Under the pieces are notes generated by a model that saw nothing but the letters and a program-made list of their open reading frames with translations, was not told where the DNA came from and searched no databases. A program made the position numbers and the translations under genes. From assembly GCA_963840645.1 (NCBI GenBank), contig CAWIZL010000004.1:267470-331469 (forward strand): a stretch of DNA of 64,000 bases, read 5' to 3'. This document shows, in pieces, positions 29,613-40,647 of this stretch. Position 1 is the stretch's first letter. Each line of letters begins with the position of its first letter. Source of the stretch: Candidatus Doudnabacteria bacterium (GTDB taxonomy: Bacteria; Patescibacteriota; Doudnabacteria; UBA920; VMFF01).

Positions 29613-31022
29613 TTACCCTTTCAAATCAAACTCTTTGTCGCCCCAGGCTGTCGGGGCTGCTGTCTCGTTGTCAGACATGTACTTCTTGAGCTCGTTGATG
29701 CGGTCGCGCACCTGGGCTGCCCGTTCGTACTCTTGCCTGCCTGCGACGAGCACCATTTCGCCCTGCAGGCGGTCAACCATTTTCTGCACCTCTGCCTTTG
29801 GCAGCTTTGGCAGGCCAACGTCAGTGCGCTGGCGCACGTCTTCATCTTCGCTGCGGGCGAGCTGGTCAACCTTGCCCGAGCGCTGCCAGTCAAACGCCTT
29901 GAACACAATGCTGTGGTACAGGTGGCGCGCGTGCTCTTTGGTGTTCTGGTCAACCTCTGCCATGAGAGACACTGAATCGTACAGCTCTTTTGCGCCGCGC
30001 TCTACCATTTCCATGCTCCACCACGGACGTGCAGATGCCCACCAGTACTGGTCAGAGTGGAGCGCGCGGTCGAGCATTTGCCGCGCCTGTGGGTAGTCAG
30101 CCGCATTTTTGTCAGCGCTGTGCATGGTCGCCACTGCCAAGTCTGTGAGCTCCCACTGCATGGTGTGGATCTCGTTGCTCGGGTCGCGCCACCGCGAAAA
30201 CGGCGCATTGCGCTCGAGGTCTTTTTCCATGAGCGCCCACGTTGATGCAACGGGCATCACAGCCTCAGTTTTCTTGAACTCGCCGAGCAGCTCTGAGATA
30301 CGGCACGTGCTCAGCTCTGGCGACTTGTACATTTCAAAGAGCAGCATGTCGAGGCCAGGCCTGTGGTGGCCAAACGTCTCGCCGTCCATTGCGGTCAGTA
30401 GGTACTCATCTCGCGCGAGCCTGTCGCCCAGAGTTTGCACCAGCAAGTTGCCAGTGCCAATTTGGCCTGACAGAATGACCCAGCTCATGCGGCGCTCGCG
30501 GAAAAAAAGGCTCAGGGCTGGCGTGGCCTCGTCTATGTAAATGGTGTCGTGGCTCAGCTCTTTGCCGTGCGGGAACGACAGCTCGTCTATGATAACCCAC
30601 CTGTACCCGCAGCTCGCAACAATTGGCGCGAGCTTTGGGTCAAACGCCATTTCAGGTGGAAAGAAACCTTGTGGCTTGAATAGGTCACCAAAGTAGAAAC
30701 GCAGCGTCTCTTCGTTCAGTTCAATTTGGCGCACGACTTCGTCCTGCGGCAGGAACGGCAGCATTGCGTGGTACTTTGCAGAGCCTGTCAGCTCTAGCTG
30801 TCCACGTTCCAAGAGCGTCTTCATGCTGTCAATCACGTCTGTGCAACCGTACTTGTCGAGCAGCTCCAGCAAGACGCCGTTCGCGTTCATGGTAATTTTT
30901 GCTGATGGCGCATCCAGCAGTCCACGAAAAATTTTACGGTACGACTCGTCTGCAACGCGCTTCACCCAGTACTCTTTCTGGGTCGGCGGCTGGTAAATGT
31001 GCAGAAAGTTTGCCCACTTCAT
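29613..31022 (-). CDS. Glycoside hydrolase family 57 enzyme with C-terminal UVR motif
   Basis: Intact 469-aa ORF. FLHIYQP, YHAMLPFLP, FFPPEMAF and MDGETFGHH are GH57-like. The tail QEYERAAQVRDRINELKKY matches the UvrB/UvrC UVR helix-hairpin motif. Confidence 0.75.
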   Translation of the reverse strand: MKWANFLHIYQPPTQKEYWVKRVADESYRKIFRGLLDAPSAKITMNANGVLLELLDKYGCTDVIDSMKTLLERGQLELTGSAKYHAMLPFLPQDEVVRQIELNEETLRFYFGDLFKPQGFFPPEMAFDPKLAPIVASCGYRWVIIDELSFPHGKELSHDTIYIDEATPALSLFFRERRMSWVILSGQIGTGNLLVQTLGDRLARDEYLLTAMDGETFGHHRPGLDMLLFEMYKSPELSTCRISELLGEFKKTEAVMPVASTWALMEKDLERNAPFSRWRDPSNEIHTMQWELTDLAVATMHSADKNAADYPQARQMLDRALHSDQYWWASARPWWSMEMVERGAKELYDSVSLMAEVDQNTKEHARHLYHSIVFKAFDWQRSGKVDQLARSEDEDVRQRTDVGLPKLPKAEVQKMVDRLQGEMVLVAGRQEYERAAQVRDRINELKKYMSDNETAAPTAWGDKEFDLKG

Positions 31023-32515
31023 ACGTGCGTGGCTAGGGATTCAACCCTCTTGAACTGCAAAATTCTGTCGTACAGGTCGTTGTACTTGCGCGCTGGCAGC
31101 TCCCACGAGAACGACTGCCCCATGCCGCGCACCACGAGCCTGCGCCACGCAACAGCATTCTGGTACACCTCTGTGGCTCGCGCAATTGCCATGAGCAAAT
31201 CCTGCGGCGAGTACTCTGAGAACGAGAACCCGTTGCCAGTGTCATCGCGGTAGCTGAAGTCTGTCACGGTGTCGTGCAGGCCGCCTGTCTCGTGCACGAT
31301 TGGCACAGAGCCGTAGCGCAGGCTGATGAGCTGTGAAATGCCGCACGGCTCAAAGCGCGATGGCATGAGGTACATGTCAGAGCCAGCGTACACCTTTGAG
31401 GCCATCTCGTCTGTGAACGGCGAGTACACGCCAATTTTCTTTGGGTACTTGCGGGCAGCTCGGTTGAAGAAGTTGAGGTACTCGCGGTCTCCAGTGCCAA
31501 CCACGATGAGCTGCACCGGCAGCTTGATGAGCGTCGGGAACGCGCGCACCACGAGCTCAAAACCTTTCTGCTCTGTGAGCCTGTTCACCATGCCAATGAG
31601 CGGCGTATCGGCGTTCACGTCTAGCCCAACCTCGCGCTGCAAGAGCGCCTTGTTCTCTGCTTTTTTGTCCAGCGAGTCTGTGTCGTAGTTCAGGTACACG
31701 TACGAGTCGAACTTTGGGTTGAATACGCCGTAGTCAATGCCGTTGATGATGCCGTGAACCTTTGCGCGATTCGCGCGCAAGAGGCTGTCAAGTCCACAGC
31801 CAAACTCTTTCGTTAAAATTTCTGCGGCGTAGCGCACGCTCACCGTGTTCACCGCATCTGCAAACGTGATGCCACGGCGCATGAAATTGAGGTGCTCTGG
31901 GTCAACTGCTCCGTTCACTGGATCTGTGCGGCCGCTGTCGAGCTTCTTTCCACGACCTACGTTGCCCCAGTCAGGCGAACCCTGGAACAGCAGGTTATGG
32001 ATGGTGAACAGCGTTGGGGTTTCGTGGTGCACGAGCTGTGGCACTACCGCTGCGTGCCAATCGTGGCAGTGCAGAATGTCTGGCTGGCTGAAGCCGCTAC
32101 CAACGTTGCCTGCACTGCGTGCCACCAGCTCGTTGATGCAGGCGAGCACGGCGACGTCAAAAAATAAAAAGCGCAAACCCTCGTCGTCGTAGCCGTAGAG
32201 GCGCATGCGCTTTCCGAACAGTTCTTCATTGCAAACCAGGTACACGTCTGCTGCACCGTGGTCTTGCGTGACAATTTTCTTCAGGCTCACGGGGTACTTC
32301 TCGCCATGCACTTCAACAAAAATTTCTTGGATGATACCTTGGCACTCAAGGTTCTGCTTCTTTATGCTTCCGTGGAACGGAATGAACGTGCTCACCTTGT
32401 GTCCCTGCGCCACCAGTGCGCGTGGCAGCTGCTGCACCACGTCACCGAGGCCGCCGGACTTTGCGTACGGCGCACACTCAGCTGCTACGTGGACAATGTG
32501 GAGTTGCTTGGGCAT
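31019..32515 (-). CDS. glgA: Glycogen/starch synthase (GT5)
   Basis: Intact 498-aa ORF. AAECAPYAKSGGLGDV is the N-terminal signature. The stop overlaps the GH57 start. Confidence 0.9.
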   Translation of the reverse strand: MPKQLHIVHVAAECAPYAKSGGLGDVVQQLPRALVAQGHKVSTFIPFHGSIKKQNLECQGIIQEIFVEVHGEKYPVSLKKIVTQDHGAADVYLVCNEELFGKRMRLYGYDDEGLRFLFFDVAVLACINELVARSAGNVGSGFSQPDILHCHDWHAAVVPQLVHHETPTLFTIHNLLFQGSPDWGNVGRGKKLDSGRTDPVNGAVDPEHLNFMRRGITFADAVNTVSVRYAAEILTKEFGCGLDSLLRANRAKVHGIINGIDYGVFNPKFDSYVYLNYDTDSLDKKAENKALLQREVGLDVNADTPLIGMVNRLTEQKGFELVVRAFPTLIKLPVQLIVVGTGDREYLNFFNRAARKYPKKIGVYSPFTDEMASKVYAGSDMYLMPSRFEPCGISQLISLRYGSVPIVHETGGLHDTVTDFSYRDDTGNGFSFSEYSPQDLLMAIARATEVYQNAVAWRRLVVRGMGQSFSWELPARKYNDLYDRILQFKRVESLATHV

Positions 32516-32530
32516 ACGTTGACAGTATAC

Positions 32531-32575
32531 AAGAAAAAAGCAAACCTCGCTGTGGCTTTACGCGCAGCGAGGTTT
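32531..32575 (-). terminator. Rho-independent terminator after the giant surface-protein gene
   Basis: 11-bp stem: 32542-32552 aaacctcgctg pairs with 32565-32575 cagcgaggttt. On the minus strand it is followed by gcttttttctt. Confidence 0.75.
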
Positions 32576-32602
32576 GAGACCGTTAAACCTTTAACGATTT
32601 TG

Positions 32603-35600
32603 CTACCCATTCGTGATCCTTGGGGTGATCGCGCTCCCCACCGGCAGGCTGAGGTCTGCCGCGTTCGCCGGCACAACGGTCGAGAAGTCGCCGGCAATGT
32701 GCCAGGAGTTGTACACGGCGAGGGACGGGTACGGGTGCGGCTCACCGTCTGGGCTGATCCAGTAGACCGTGCCCTTTGATACAACATCTACGCCAGGCGG
32801 GTGGGCCGCTGTCGACGTGGCAATGTTGGAGGCCCTCTGCATCATCACCGAGCTCAGGCGTGGTCACCACGAGCACGTTCGAGAACTTGTAGCCGAGAGC
32901 CGTGAACACGGAGGCCGAGGTGAAGGCGTACCGACTGCCGTCTGACACCAGGTACACGGTCGGGTCTGATGCCGTGCGGACGAGCGCGCCAGAGTTTGGC
33001 GGAAGGTTGGCTGCAATGGGGTTTGCCAAATCAGCAGGAGTTGCGTTCGTGGCATCCGAGAACGTGAAGCCGTACGAGTTCAGGATGCCAGGATCAGTCA
33101 CCCCGAAGCGCACGCCACCAGACACGACGTAGAAGGTTCCCGCATCATTGATGAGCCCAACCGATGCTGGAGCAGGAAGTATGGACGCAGGACCAGCGGG
33201 TGCTGGTGAACTCCCAGGCTGAGACCCTGGTGTTGGAGCAGGTGTCGGGGTCGGAGTCGGAGGTGGGTAGTAGATTGGTCCGCTGCTGCCACTGCCGCCA
33301 CTGCTTCCACCACCGCCAGAACCAGACGAGGCTGCTGGGGTCGTGAAGCTGAACTCGGCAGAGCTGACGCCATTGCTCGTCACAATGTAGTAGTACGTCG
33401 TACTTGCGACCAGGGACGGGAGGAGCACGCTGTGAGAGGTGACCGTTGGAGACGTGTCGGCGAGTGACGTGGTGGTTGTGTACACGCCGGTTGACGTGCC
33501 GTACGAAACCTGGGAGTTCCCCGCGTTCGAGGTTGTCCACGTGATGGTTGCACTCGAGGAAGAAGCGCTTGACGCTACCGCAGACACCACCAGTGCCACC
33601 GGCGTCACAGGCTCGATGCCGTTGATGCTGACCCAGTGCCAACCATGTTCGTGGCCGTGACCGTGAACGTGTACGCCTGGCCGTTCGTCAGGCCGGTGAC
33701 GACGTGCGAGAGCGAGGTTGAGCCAGCGTTCGAGTCAGTGCCGCCCGACGGGCTAGAAATCACCGTGTAGCCGGTGATGGCCGTACCGCCGTTGAAGCCG
33801 GGGGCGGTGAACGTCACCGTGGCGCTGGCGTTGCCGGCCGTGGCAGTCCCAATGGTCGGAGCGTTCGGCACGACAGCATTCACCGTGTACGTGAGGTTCG
33901 ATGGGTTCGTGAGAGATCCGCTGTTGGTCGGCGTCAGGGTGATGGTGCCTGCAACAGTCGGCGTGATGGTGAACGTCTGGGCCGTGGACGAAGAGGAAAA
34001 GGTCAGCACGGTGGCCGAGAGGCTGCCGGCGCCAGAGCCTGTCGGCGTCAGGGTGATGGTGCCCGTGTACGGGCCATTCGGGGTGACCGTGAAGTTTGTC
34101 GAGGCAGCACCAGCGTTGCCGCTGGATGGACCTGTGAACGTGAAGGTGGTTGCATTTGTTGAACCTATAGCTCCAATGTAGGATCCAGTATTTGAGGCTG
34201 TTTCCCATGCTGTTCCAGCAGGGACGTAGTCTGTTCCATTGAAAGCGGCTTCAGCACTGCCACCACCAATTGGTAGGTAGCTTTCAGGAGCGATGGGAGA
34301 TCCTGTTACGTTAGGCGTAAAACTCGTAGGCAAGCCACTCTCGACGCTTGCCAAGCCACACCCGTTGCTGCAGTAATCTGTCATTGTCAGGTTTATGCCT
34401 GTGTCTGTTTGGGTGCTCGTAGGAAGGCTTCTGGCATCAATGCCCACGTCTACGTAGTTCGTCCCTCCAACGTCAAGGAGACGTGCCTCTGATTTAATGA
34501 CCACAAACGTATCGCCGTTCGAGATGCCTGTAGTGCTAGGGGCCAAGGTTAACGTATTCGCTGTTGAGCAGCCCGTAATTGCGTACGCTGTGCCAGCTTT
34601 TGTCCCGCTGGTCATGAGCGCCCAGCGATCAAGGGGGCAGCCAGCAGGCACAGCCGCGCCAACACCCCCAATGTAGGATGTGAAAGGCGTACCAGACACA
34701 GACATTGTGAAAGTTTCTTGTGTACCTGGTGGATCAACCTCGCTCGACACTGTGTAGCTTTGCCCTGACCCTCCCCAGTTTAGCTGAGTAGCTGCACCGT
34801 AAGTCACGCCATCGAGTGCCCACGCCAGCGTCACGTTCGATGCTGACGTGTGCGTCAACTTCAGAGCGCTTCCTGTTTGGTTAGTGCTGTACGTTGGATT
34901 TTGAATTGCCACCCCAGTGATATTTTTCAGCGTGTCTGTGTTGTAGTTACCGCGCGTGTCTGTGACCAAGACATCTCTGTTGTACTCTGGATTTGGTACG
35001 TTGTTAGGGTTTGGGCTGATTCCTACGTACGGAGTGTTTGATCCCTGCTCAGCGTTGTAGCCAATGAACGATTGCTGTGTTTGTTCAAAGGTCGAGTTTG
35101 CCGGTGCGTACTTCTCGAACATTGTGCCACCTGTTGTTGGAGCACAAATGTTGTTGTAAATACTGAGGTTCATGATCAAGCTTTGGCTGTCATCAGTATC
35201 GCCCAGTGTCACACAGTCAAAGTTGTTTCCAAGGAATGTGTTGTTGGCAATCGTTACTCCATCAATGAACTGGTTCTGTGCAAAACCAAGATCTATCTGA
35301 GACATGATCTGTCGATAGCCATACTGCGCAAAAATATTATTGGTGATTGTTTCTCCTCCGCCTGCTAGCCCCCCAACGTAGCCTCCTGTGGGCGAAAAAA
35401 GTAAACCGTGGTGATCTTGTCATGAACACGTTGTGGTCCCACGTTGTGCCTCGCACTAAACCAGCTGCCCTGTAGGTGCCGTAGATAATGTTGTACCTAA
35501 CGAGGTTTGGAGTTGATGGGGTTGGGTTATCGAGCCCAGCAATAGGAAGGACGTAAGAGAAACCTCCCAGTGTTGAACCAGAGGTTCCGCTGCCCGTAAT

Positions 35601-38600
35601 GCGGTTGTCTTGAATTAAGTTTCCAGTCCACTGGCACGAAGGGCTGTTTTGTCCCTCAATGAAGTAGTCGTCTAGAACGTTGTTGTTGGTGAACGTTCCA
35701 CCTGAGAAGGTTGAAGCCCCTGTAAGAGTAGTCAAGTCGCAGGTCGCCAAGTAGCGGAAGTCATTGACGTAGTTTTGCGATATGTCGAAGTTTGACGTTG
35801 TGCCATAAAAGTTAATGTTTGCTCCATTGAAGGATGTCCTCAGAGACGACGAGAACCAAGAGTTCGCGTTGGCCTGGAAAGTATTTGTTGGCGTGAAGGT
35901 CTGAGTTTGGTCAGAAGAACCTAACCCCAGGATGTTGTTGGTCATACGCATTGTATTGTATGAGAAAGAAGCCTGGCGGTTTGTGGTGTTGTCTAAGTTT
36001 GAGAACTCGATAAAAGAGTCAGTGGAATCTTTCATAATGTACCGTATGTCGCTGTTACCGACAACAAGGGAGTTATACTGCCGAACCCCAGACGGTATGA
36101 TCATAGTAGCAGCGGTAAATGAGTCCCCTGAGGAACCAGTAAAAGACACGCTCCCCGTCAGTGCACCCCCAGGATTGCCAGCACCGTAATTCCCTCCGTA
36201 GAGGAGAGCATAGCTCTTGTCGTAGTTCATGTAGCAACCACTGCTGGTAACTGACTGTTCATTCAAGAAAGAGCACGAAGTCAGCGCAGGGTTTGTCAGA
36301 GAAAGACTTAGGCTATTGTCCCCAATTCTACCAGGCTGTTCCTGCTGCATTGCTGATAGGTCCGCTTCCAATTCCCAAACCTGTATGAGTTGCATCGAGG
36401 TAGGAGTTTGAGTTGGTATCTGTTATGGTCTGGCTTACTGCATTATTCCATGTAAACTGGCTTGGGTCTCCCCACAGAAAAGCAGGTTTGTTGAGCCACA
36501 TCTGGCCGCTGCCTGCTGATGTAACATTGATCGCTGTTTCGGCACCTGTGCAGTACGGGTTAGCAGTGGTACCCCCCTGTGGCCAACCGAGAGAAACGCT
36601 GCTCCCAGAAATACCGACAACGCACAGTGGGGTAGATTCTGGAATAAGACACGTGGCAACAGATCCACAGGTTTTCATTGGGCTAGTTCCAGTGTCGTTT
36701 GTGGTCGGCTGAACAGGAGGTGCGGGAGGAGGCGTTACGCCGTTTATGGCGTACGGGTACCCAACAGACGTAGGAGACTGTGGAAGGTTTAGCTCTACTA
36801 AATCACCAACAGCTAAACCTGCGGGTAAAGAACTTACCGCGGTAATATTGTTTGTTGACCCAACACTGCCAGTTACCCAGCCGCCAGCGTTCCCCGCACA
36901 GAAAGGCGTAGGGTAAGCAGTTTGATCAAGACAGCCAGAGTAGAAACGACCGCTTACAATAAGGTTTGGATTGTTAGCACCACTGCCGATCCAGAATGCG
37001 CCCCCTGGCATTGTTTGCAGTACTCCGTACTGGTTAATGTTCAGGAAGTTATCATTTGAAGAAGAAGCTCCGTGCACTTCAAGTAGAGCTTTGTTATCTA
37101 TTACCAGGGCTCCGTAGGTAGTTGAGTTTGTGCCATTAATTGTCAAGGCATCGCCTATGCCGCCATTATAGACGTTGTTGCTCAACTCAATTCCCAACCC
37201 TGCTGGGATATGTACTGTGACACCAGAATTAATCACTACAAGATCCGCGTTCGTGGCTGCTCCTGGCACACCAGGCAATACAAAAACTGTGCTACCCATA
37301 ACTGGCAGCCCCACTCCCCCAGCAGCTGTACAGCTTCCACCTGTTCCCCCTGAAGTACTTGCCCACACAGAAGGACTGCTCCAGTTACCAGATGCCACGG
37401 CGTAGCAAATTGCTGGTGTTGGTACTGCTGGCGTTACTGAAACAATGTTTGAGGGAGCTGAGTTTCCGGTGCTATTTTCAGCGATAACCTCGAAATCGTA
37501 ACTCTGCGCGTTGGTGAGACCTGTCACCGTTTCTGTTGTCTGAGATGGTGGTAAAGTAGCGTACAAGGTAAAGCTTCCTCCTCCTGTCATCTTGTCGTAC
37601 ACGAGGTAGTTGCTAATAGCCGTACCTCCGTTAAATGAAGGAGCTGACCAAGAGAGAAAAGCCTTTGTGTTGCCAGAAACTCCAGAAAGTGACTGCGGTG
37701 GGCTGGATACAGTGAAGGCGATAGTTACACTGTACGCCTGGCTACCTGTTCCACCAGCAGTGGCAACTGCTTGTACTGTAAAGCTAGCCGTTTGCGGTGT
37801 TGTGGGTGTTCCAGAAATCGTGGTTGTTGATCCTGTGCTCGTGGTATCCAAAGTCAGGCCAGATGGTAAAGTTCCAGAAGAGACTGACCACGTGTACGGT
37901 CCAGAGCCACCAGACACAGTGAGTGTTTGGGAGTACGGCGTGCCGGGAGCACCATTCGGTAAGGTGCTCGGAGTCACCACAACCGGAGGAACAGTTTCGC
38001 TGCCCACTGTGTAGAAAGTAGATGGGCTGCTCTGGTTGCTGTACGAAGTCAAAAGCCACGAAGCTGAACGCAGTGCGTTTGAGAACCTAAATTCATCCAT
38101 CTTGCCAGGCGCATGGCTTGGTGCCATGAGAAGCAACGGGCTAGAAGTCGCTTCATAGCCTACGGCACCATTGCCATTGGTTGATGAACTGTCGAGCACC
38201 CCGTTGACGTACCAAGATGTTACTGCTCCGTGCTGGGTTACCGCAAGGTCATACCAAGTATTTGCATTTAAAGAAGTAGCTGTGGACACGCTGAAGCTCC
38301 TCCCGAAAGGATCAAAGTACAAAAACCGAAGAGTGGAGCTAGAACCGTTAGCGTTATCGAAAATCTGAAAGCCGTTATCTACACCGTCACCATGCGTGAC
38401 TGTTTCCCAAGCGCCATCAATTGAAAAGCTGCTCCTGTTGACCCACATTTCAAGGGTCATGTCTCCTGTCGTTGTGTTCGTTGCGCTCGGATCTCCATCA
38501 TTCACAGAATCAGTTGAACCGTTGAAGTTCAACGCGTTGCCGATCTCTCCCGTGGTTGACTTGGTTGAGGTGTTGGCAGCCGCAGTGCCGTTGTTACCGT

Positions 38601-39157
38601 TTGATGTAGAATCAGCTACTACAGTGGTGGCGGCACTGTCGTCTAAGTGCTGTACTATTTGGTAGTTTGAGTCCCACACAGCTGTTTTATTGCTCTGGTC
38701 TGTGCTTATGGAAGGATTTCCATAACACATGTAGATTACTGAGCCAGCAGAGAGGCTTGGCACCTGCACCCAAGCGGTAAGCGCACCAGTGGAGGCCGTG
38801 TAGCTCTGAACCTCAAAATTTAAAGTACTGGCGCATGATGCTGAGCTTGAAAAAATAATATCGAACCCACTTGAATTTGTTACCTTGCCCCCAGTGCCAG
38901 TCAACTGGAGGTAGCTCGAGCTTCGGTATGCTCACGAGCATTGGAAAATTGGTCTGAGTTCCTGATGCCAGGGAAGTATTTGAGGTGACGGTGATTGCCC
39001 TGTAGTTCTGCCATGCTGCCTGGGCAGCGGTCGCGTGCAAGCCGAGAAGCACGGCAGCGCAGAACGCTGCCGCGTTCAGGTACCTGAGTAGCCTGCTGCC
39101 ACCCATTTTTTTAGCACTCTCTGCAAAACTCTCTAACAGACTCTTGAGCGTGGTCAT
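32603..39157 (-). CDS. Giant secreted surface protein (frame interrupted at least 5 times; could be 2-3 adjacent genes)
   Basis: Six colinear fragments: 38813..39157, 36328..38904, 35337..36395, 33605..35305 (open to about 35395), 32742..33608 and 32603..32848. Domain order is signal peptide, DUF2341, LamG, Ig-like, FN3, beta-helix-like region, Ig-like/FN3, G/S/P/T linker, then three C-terminal repeats. Recognisable pieces include ...HATAAQA/AWQNYRAITV, ...YMCYGN, LPSGLTLD and SAPSFNGGTAISNY. Confidence 0.6.
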
Positions 39158-39260
39158 GTACTTTGTTTTTTCTTAGGTCTTTATTTCAAGGGTAATCGTT
39201 AACTTAGCCACCAGCATAGGCTACTTCGCCATGTACTTCTTCAGGTACTGCCCTGTCTAC

Positions 39261-40534
39261 CTACTCGTAGCTGTGCATCACCAATTGTGCCTCAACTGCC
39301 TTGATCGTCTCAATGACAACGGCCACAACAATGAGCAAGCTGGTGCCGCCAATGGTCAGAGATTGAGAACTGGTGAAGCTCTCCAGCGCAAACGGCAGCA
39401 CAGCTATCAAGCCCAAGAACACGGCACCGAACGCTGTGATGCGGTTGAGCACGGTAGACAGGTACTCTGATGTCTGCTTGCCTGGTCGCAAGCCTGGAAT
39501 GAATCCGCCGTTGTTCTGAATGTTCTCAGCAACGTCCTCTGGGTTGAACACCACAGACGTGTAGAAGTACGTAAACAGGACAACGAGCAAGAAGTAAATA
39601 ATGCCGTAGTAGGTTTGGTTCTGGAAGAACGCAATTGTCGTAGCTGCAAAGTGCGCCACAGCAGGCGTACGAGCTGTCAGGAAAAAATTAGCTGCCAACC
39701 CTGGAAACAGCAGAATAGAGATTGCGAAAATAATAGGGATAACGCCTGCCTGGTTCACGCGCAGCGGCAGGTACGTGCTCGTGCCGCCGTAGGTCTTCGT
39801 GCCACGGATGCTCTTTGCGTACGTCACCGGAATGTTGCGCGTTGCCTCAGTCACCACAACGACGCCTGCTATAACGATGAGACCCACGATGAGGAACCCA
39901 ATGACCTCGGGCAGCTCTGATGGGGTGTAGAGGCAGATACCTGCGATAGCGCCTGGGGCAAACGTGAAATAATACCCGCAAAGATAATAAGTGAAATGCC
40001 GTTGCCAATGCCGTACTCTGTGATGAGCTCACCGAGCCACATCATGATCATGGTGCCAGTCGTCACGGCGAGCAGCGTGGTGAACCACTGGAACGCCGTG
40101 AACGAGCCGATTGGGGCTGTGCCAGTTGCGCCAGCTTGGAGCAGGTGAATGGTGCCGAAAGCCTGCAGCATTGCCAGAGGAATGGTGAGGTAGCGCGTGT
40201 ACTGGTTGAGCGTCTCGCGTCCTGCTTCGCCCCCTTCTTTCTGAAGCTCTGTCCACGATGGAATGATGATGGTGAGCAGCTGGACAATAATGGAAGCCGT
40301 AATGTACGGACCAACGCCGAGCAGCACAATGGAAAGGTTTGAAAGGCCGCCGCCAGAGAACACGTCGAGCAAGTTCAAGAACTGGTTCTGGTTGAAGAAG
40401 TTCCTGAGGTTTGCCACGTTCACAGCTGGAATTGGGACGTGCGTCAAAACACGCGTCAGCAGCAGCAGGCCGATCGTAATGAGGACCTTGTTCCTCAGGT
40501 CAGGCGTTTTCCAAATTTGCAGGAACTTATCCAT
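39261..40534 (-). CDS. secY: Preprotein translocase subunit SecY (frame interrupted once)
   Basis: ORFs 39869..40534 and 39261..39887 are colinear, multi-TM and SecY-like throughout. The break is near 39880. Confidence 0.9.
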
Positions 40535-40647
40535 AGGTGCAGGTAGTTGGTAGTTAGTAGTTGATAGCTGGAGCCGATAGTTAGTATAGGGTAGCAGATG
40601 GTAACGCGCAAACGTGCGGATGCGATCTATTAACTACCAACTATTAA
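40535..40647. repeat. Stop-rich junction element, copy E (secY | rplO), core in the copy D orientation
   Basis: 40544-40556 tagttggtagtta pairs with 40631-40643 taactaccaacta (13/13). gtgcggatgcgatcta resembles the gcggatccgtcta core end. Confidence 0.75.

Noticed and set aside
33145-34208. ORFs 33145..33642, 33753..34208, 33098..33373 and others inside the giant gene region
   Set aside because: These are alternative frames of the same strand, with H/R/C-rich nonsense composition. The FN3/Ig-like frame is the coding one.
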